DNA of 60,537 nucleotides, counting the filler, from Caldilineae bacterium (GTDB taxonomy: Bacteria > Chloroflexota > Anaerolineae > DTLA01): the NCBI GenBank assembly GCA_037446815.1. It is 2 parts of 2 records of this genome, joined end to end, with 100 filler letters (N's around TTAATTAATTAA, not from the genome) between each part and the next. Parts side by side here need not be neighbours in the genome. Positions count along the whole stretch, not along the records: positions 30,560 to 60,537 come from JBBIHX010000022.1; 1 more part is not named here. The stretch is one strand, 5' to 3'. This document shows, one piece after another, positions 57,069 through 60,537 of this stretch. The notes below the pieces were generated by a model. The model was not told the DNA's origin. It was given only the letters and a program-made list of their open reading frames with translations, and searched no databases. The translations under genes were made by a program, and so were the position numbers. Within the stretch, counting starts at the first letter, position 1. Every line of letters begins with the position of its first letter.

Positions 57069-57494
57069 TTAGGTGGCCGTGGTGTCCATCCCCAAGACAC
57101 GCGCCAGGGCGGGCAGCGTCGCGAACCAGAAGAAGCCGTCTTTGAAGAATGCCAAGAAGTGGACAGGCCCCACCCGCGTCAGGTCGGCGTATTGGCTGTA
57201 CAACGTGCCGAAGTTGACCAGCGCCACGATGAAGGCCAGCAGTACCGTCCGCGCGTTGGGGTGGAAGGCTTTCTGTACGACGTAGAAACTGGCCAGCGCC
57301 CCCAGCACTTCACAGACGAGGAGCGTGGCGAAGATGGCCCACACGTTGGGATTGTTCTCCAGGAAGGCCGAGGCAATGCCCGAGAACGGCGACGACACGG
57401 CCGCCGCCAGTTCGCCCGTGTCCAGCCAGACGACGGCCACCCCGAGGGCGATGAGGAGCACGGCCAGGAGCACCAGTCCGAGACCCTTCTTCAT
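57069..57494 (-). CDS. Hypothetical membrane protein
   Basis: RBS GGAGGTG; several TM segments. Confidence 0.7.
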   Translation of the reverse strand: MKKGLGLVLLAVLLIALGVAVVWLDTGELAAAVSSPFSGIASAFLENNPNVWAIFATLLVCEVLGALASFYVVQKAFHPNARTVLLAFIVALVNFGTLYSQYADLTRVGPVHFLAFFKDGFFWFATLPALARVLGMDTTAT

Positions 57495-57625
57495 GCGAAT
57501 TCCACCTCCATTGGTTACGTTGCCTGCGGCCCATCATACCCGGCGGGCGGGTGCGTGTCAAAGAGCGCCGCGCTCGCCCCGGCTGTGTTCGCGCGGGTAG
57601 GCGGGGTACGGGGTCGGGATTCCGC

Positions 57626-58036
57626 TCACGGGGCCAGGACGTTGAAGTCGGCGGTGATGGACTGCCCGGCCCGGATGATGAGCATCCGCTTGGCGAGGAT
57701 GGCGTTGTCGCCGTGGACGATCTCCAGCAGGTACTGGCCGTAGGCGAGTTGCGCCTGGTACTTGCCGTCGGCATCGGGGACGAGTTCAAACAGCGGCTCG
57801 CCCTGGATGAAGACGGGCTGGCCGCCGGATTGCTTGGGTTGCTCCAACAGGCTGATGCGCACCTTGACGTCGGTGGCGGGGCGGCCAACGTTGGATTTGT
57901 CGGTCAGGGGCTTATCCGCCGACTGCGCGTACGTAACCCTTCCCGACACGGTTCCGTAAATCGTGTTCGGCTGGCTCTTGCAGGCGGCTGCAAGGACGGC
58001 GCAGATGATGAGCAGCGCCAGAACGGTCTTTCTCAT
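57626..58036 (-). CDS. Putative lipoprotein with carboxypeptidase-regulatory-like beta domain
   Basis: Signal peptide with lipobox LAAAC; GTVSGRV, DADG.Y...L..G.Y. Confidence 0.7.
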   Translation of the reverse strand: MRKTVLALLIICAVLAAACKSQPNTIYGTVSGRVTYAQSADKPLTDKSNVGRPATDVKVRISLLEQPKQSGGQPVFIQGEPLFELVPDADGKYQAQLAYGQYLLEIVHGDNAILAKRMLIIRAGQSITADFNVLAP

Positions 58037-58148
58037 CGCCTGGATTCCTCCAATGTGCTGTGGCAACCTTGCGCTCCCCGCGTCTTCGGGGTATGATTGC
58101 GGCACATTATATCACACGGGCGCGGATTGAGGGAAAAGCGGAGGGGGT

Positions 58149-58916
58149 ATGCGGCTGGAGTTTGACATCCTGACCCTGTTCCCCGGCATGTTCCAGGGGC
58201 CGCTCCAGGAGAGCATCCTGAAGCGCGCCGTGGAGGCGGGTGTGGTTGCAGTGCGCGTGCACAACATCCGGGACTATGCCCCCGGCAAGCATCGCCAGAC
58301 CGATGACACGCCCTACGGCGGCGGGGGCGGGATGGTGATGAAGCCGGAGCCTATCTGGAACGCGGCCGAGGCGATCCTGGGCGAGGACATGGCGCGCAGA
58401 GGCCAGGACGTGGCGGTGGTGCTGATGAGCCCCCAGGGGCGGCTGTTGTCGCACGCCGTAGCCCGCGAGTTGGCGCGCTACCGGCGGGTTGTCCTCATCT
58501 GCGGGCGGTACGAGGGCGTGGATGAGCGCATCCGCGAACTGCTGGCCACCGATGAGATTTCCATCGGCGACTACGTGCTGTCGGGCGGGGAATTGCCGGC
58601 GATGGTGGTGGTGGAGGCGGTAACGCGGCTTCTGCCGGGCGTGCTGGGCGACCCGGGCGCGACGTTTGAGGATTCCCACGCCGAGGGGCTGCTGGAGTAT
58701 CCGCAGTACACGCGCCCGGCCGAGTTCCGCGGCCTGAAGGTGCCGGATGCGCTGCTGTCGGGCAACCATGCGGAGGTGGTGCGGTGGCGGCGGGAGCAGT
58801 CGCTGCGGCGGACGCTGGAGCGGCGCCCCGACCTGCTGCGCAAGGCACGGCTGACCGCGGCGGATCGCGAGTTTCTGCGCCGCTTGGGCTGGGACGAGGG
58901 CGGCGCGGACGGGTAG
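58149..58916 (+). CDS. trmD: tRNA (guanine37-N1)-methyltransferase
   Basis: [44 protein letters not shown]. Confidence 0.97.
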   Translation: MRLEFDILTLFPGMFQGPLQESILKRAVEAGVVAVRVHNIRDYAPGKHRQTDDTPYGGGGGMVMKPEPIWNAAEAILGEDMARRGQDVAVVLMSPQGRLLSHAVARELARYRRVVLICGRYEGVDERIRELLATDEISIGDYVLSGGELPAMVVVEAVTRLLPGVLGDPGATFEDSHAEGLLEYPQYTRPAEFRGLKVPDALLSGNHAEVVRWRREQSLRRTLERRPDLLRKARLTAADREFLRRLGWDEGGADG

Positions 58917-58970
58917 GGGCCCGGCCGCGGGGAGCGCTGACAACGGCCATTGCGAGGGCGAGGGGGCGAT

Positions 58971-59218
58971 GCCCTCACCCCGGCCCTGTCCCGGCGGGCG
59001 AGGGGGCGCCACCCTCACCCCAGCCCTCTCCCGGCGGGCGAGGGAGCGTGGCCGGGCTGGAATTCATCGCAGACAACGTGCGACGCACCTCCGAGGTGCG
59101 TCGCACGTTCCCACCCCATGCCCATTCGCGTGGATTCGCGGTTGCTAAACTGTCATTCTGAGCCACGAAGCGGCGAAGAATGTCGCAAGCCGAGACCCTT
59201 CGCTGCGCTCAGGGTGAC
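58971..59218. repeat. Cluster of palindromic repeat modules between convergent genes
   Basis: Two CCCTCACCCC.GCCCT.TCCC units; TGCGACGCAC palindrome; partial inverted copy of the 208-bp unit; TGTCATTCTGAG...CTCAGGGTGACA. Confidence 0.75.
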
Positions 59219-59262
59219 AGGCCCGGTCTGCGCCCCCGATTCGCGCGGATCGGCCTGCGCGC

Positions 59263-60381
59263 TCACAGCGCCTTTCGGTACACGCGGTGCCGCTTGTACC
59301 AGCGCACGCCGATGGCTTCCATGTCGCCCATGCTCTTGAGATTCGCCTCGCTCACCTGCACGATGTCGCCGTGGTTATACTGCGAGTCCATCAGCGTCTT
59401 CGCCAATTCGGCATAGAGCACCGCGTTGGCGCCCATGCCCTGGTACTCGGGCAGGAGCCCCAGGCCGTTGATGTTCACCCAGTCGGTGCGGCGGAACTCG
59501 CGCAGGATGTGAATCCAGCCGAAGGGCCACAGCCGCCCGCCCGTCTTCTGCAGCGCCGCCGAGATGTCGGCGAAGGCGAACAGGAACCCGACCGGCTCGC
59601 CGTCCTTCAGCACGAGTTTGATGAGGCGCGGCTCGGCCACCAGGATGAGTTGGTTCACCATCTGCTTGAACTCCTCGGGCGTGAACGGGCAGAACTCGGC
59701 GGTGTCCGCGAAGGCCCGCTCCAGGACCCGCGCCGCCACCGGAATCCAGCGCCGCATCTCGCGCTTGGAGCGGAACTCCTGGATGCGGAATCCGCGCCGC
59801 TCCCGCACCTTGTCGGCGATTTCAAAGAAGCGGGGCGGCAGTTCGTGCCCCCGGCCCAGGTAGCCCGATAGGAAGTCATCGTAGCCCACGAAGCCCGCGC
59901 CGGTGATGAGCGCGTCGTAGTAGGGGTAGTTGTAGGCGATGCCCAGGGCCGGCCGGTGCTCAAACCCCTCCACCAGCACGCCGTGCCCGTCGGAGCGGAG
60001 GAAGCCGTGCGGCCCCTTCATCTCGTTCAGGCCGCGCGCCCGCGCCCAGTCGCACGCGGCGGCGAAAAGCCCTTGCGCGGCCTCGGCGTCGTCCTCGCAC
60101 TCAAACAGGTAGAAGAAGGCGGCGCGGCGGCCGTGGTGCTCGTTGTACAGGCGGTGGTCCAGCACCGCAATGCGCCCGACGATGCGCCCGTCCCGCTCGG
60201 CGACGAAGAAGTCGGCGTCGGAGTGCCTGTAGAACGGGTGCTTCTTGCGGTTGAACACGGCCGTGGCGTCGGACGCGAAGGGCGGCACCCAGTGGGGGCA
60301 CCCGCGGTACAGGTCAAACGGGAATCGGAGGAATCGGCGGATGTCGCGGCGGTCGGTGGTGTCTAGTTCGCGGATATGCAT
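59263..60381 (-). CDS. Double-GNAT fold protein (YghO-like)
   Basis: W.PP, GRIA, GVLVEGF, YNYPYY, GLLPEYQGMG, E.N..., YKRHRVY. Confidence 0.8.
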   Translation of the reverse strand: MHIRELDTTDRRDIRRFLRFPFDLYRGCPHWVPPFASDATAVFNRKKHPFYRHSDADFFVAERDGRIVGRIAVLDHRLYNEHHGRRAAFFYLFECEDDAEAAQGLFAAACDWARARGLNEMKGPHGFLRSDGHGVLVEGFEHRPALGIAYNYPYYDALITGAGFVGYDDFLSGYLGRGHELPPRFFEIADKVRERRGFRIQEFRSKREMRRWIPVAARVLERAFADTAEFCPFTPEEFKQMVNQLILVAEPRLIKLVLKDGEPVGFLFAFADISAALQKTGGRLWPFGWIHILREFRRTDWVNINGLGLLPEYQGMGANAVLYAELAKTLMDSQYNHGDIVQVSEANLKSMGDMEAIGVRWYKRHRVYRKAL

Positions 60382-60397
60382 GGGCGCGCTCCTCCCC

Positions 60398-60537
60398 CTA
60401 CTCGTACACTTTCTCGTCGGCGCGGTGGGCTTCGGGGGCGTCCATCTCCAGGTCGCGGCCCGCAGGCCCCTGCGTCAGCAATTGCCGATAGTACTCATGC
60501 TGAATCAGCAGGTCCATGATCTCGTTGGTGCCGGTCC
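60398..60537 (-). CDS. C-terminal fragment of a probable acyl-CoA dehydrogenase (runs off the window)
   Basis: Translation ...[20 protein letters not shown]...KVYE* resembles the GTNEI C-terminal motif. Confidence 0.6.
   Translation of the reverse strand, partial: TGTNEIMDLLIQHEYYRQLLTQGPAGRDLEMDAPEAHRADEKVYE

Overview
GC-rich bacterial DNA from an anaerobe; gene content and Pro/Thr-rich segments suggest Chloroflexota/Anaerolineae (inference only). The window is two contigs joined by an artificial 100-bp linker (N44-TTAATTAATTAA-N44, 30460-30559), so adjacency across it is not biological. Left contig: glycosylation genes; DUF72; a SAM-recycling operon (mtnA, core MetE-like methionine synthase, adenosine kinase, GNAT, ahcY); a GAF kinase/LuxR pair; lgt; a ~13.5 kb plus-strand iron/redox cluster (family 1 encapsulin with double-ferritin cargo, six further ferritin-superfamily genes including rubrerythrin, korAB, rubredoxin, and a UGA-containing glutaredoxin-PDZ selenoprotein missed by the ORF track); and an ADP-forming acyl-CoA synthetase. 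Right contig: nfnAB interrupted by an inverted-repeat-flanked GxxExxY gene; a long minus-strand acyl-CoA metabolism run (thiolase, hydroxyacyl-CoA dehydrogenase, crotonase, acyl-CoA dehydrogenase, etfB, thiolase-HAD fusion, atypical CoA-transferase pair, aminotransferase, etfA, thioesterases, fadD); trmD. Most notable non-coding signals: a structured RNA-like motif found twice (9150-9229, with its own promoter and terminator, and 39657-39771 before fadD); a MITE family with 23-bp terminal inverted repeats, ~8-bp target duplications and interchangeable palindromic cargo; and a leader-peptide/terminator arrangement before the thiolase operon. No rRNA, tRNA or CRISPR array was seen. All calls are by eye, without database searches.
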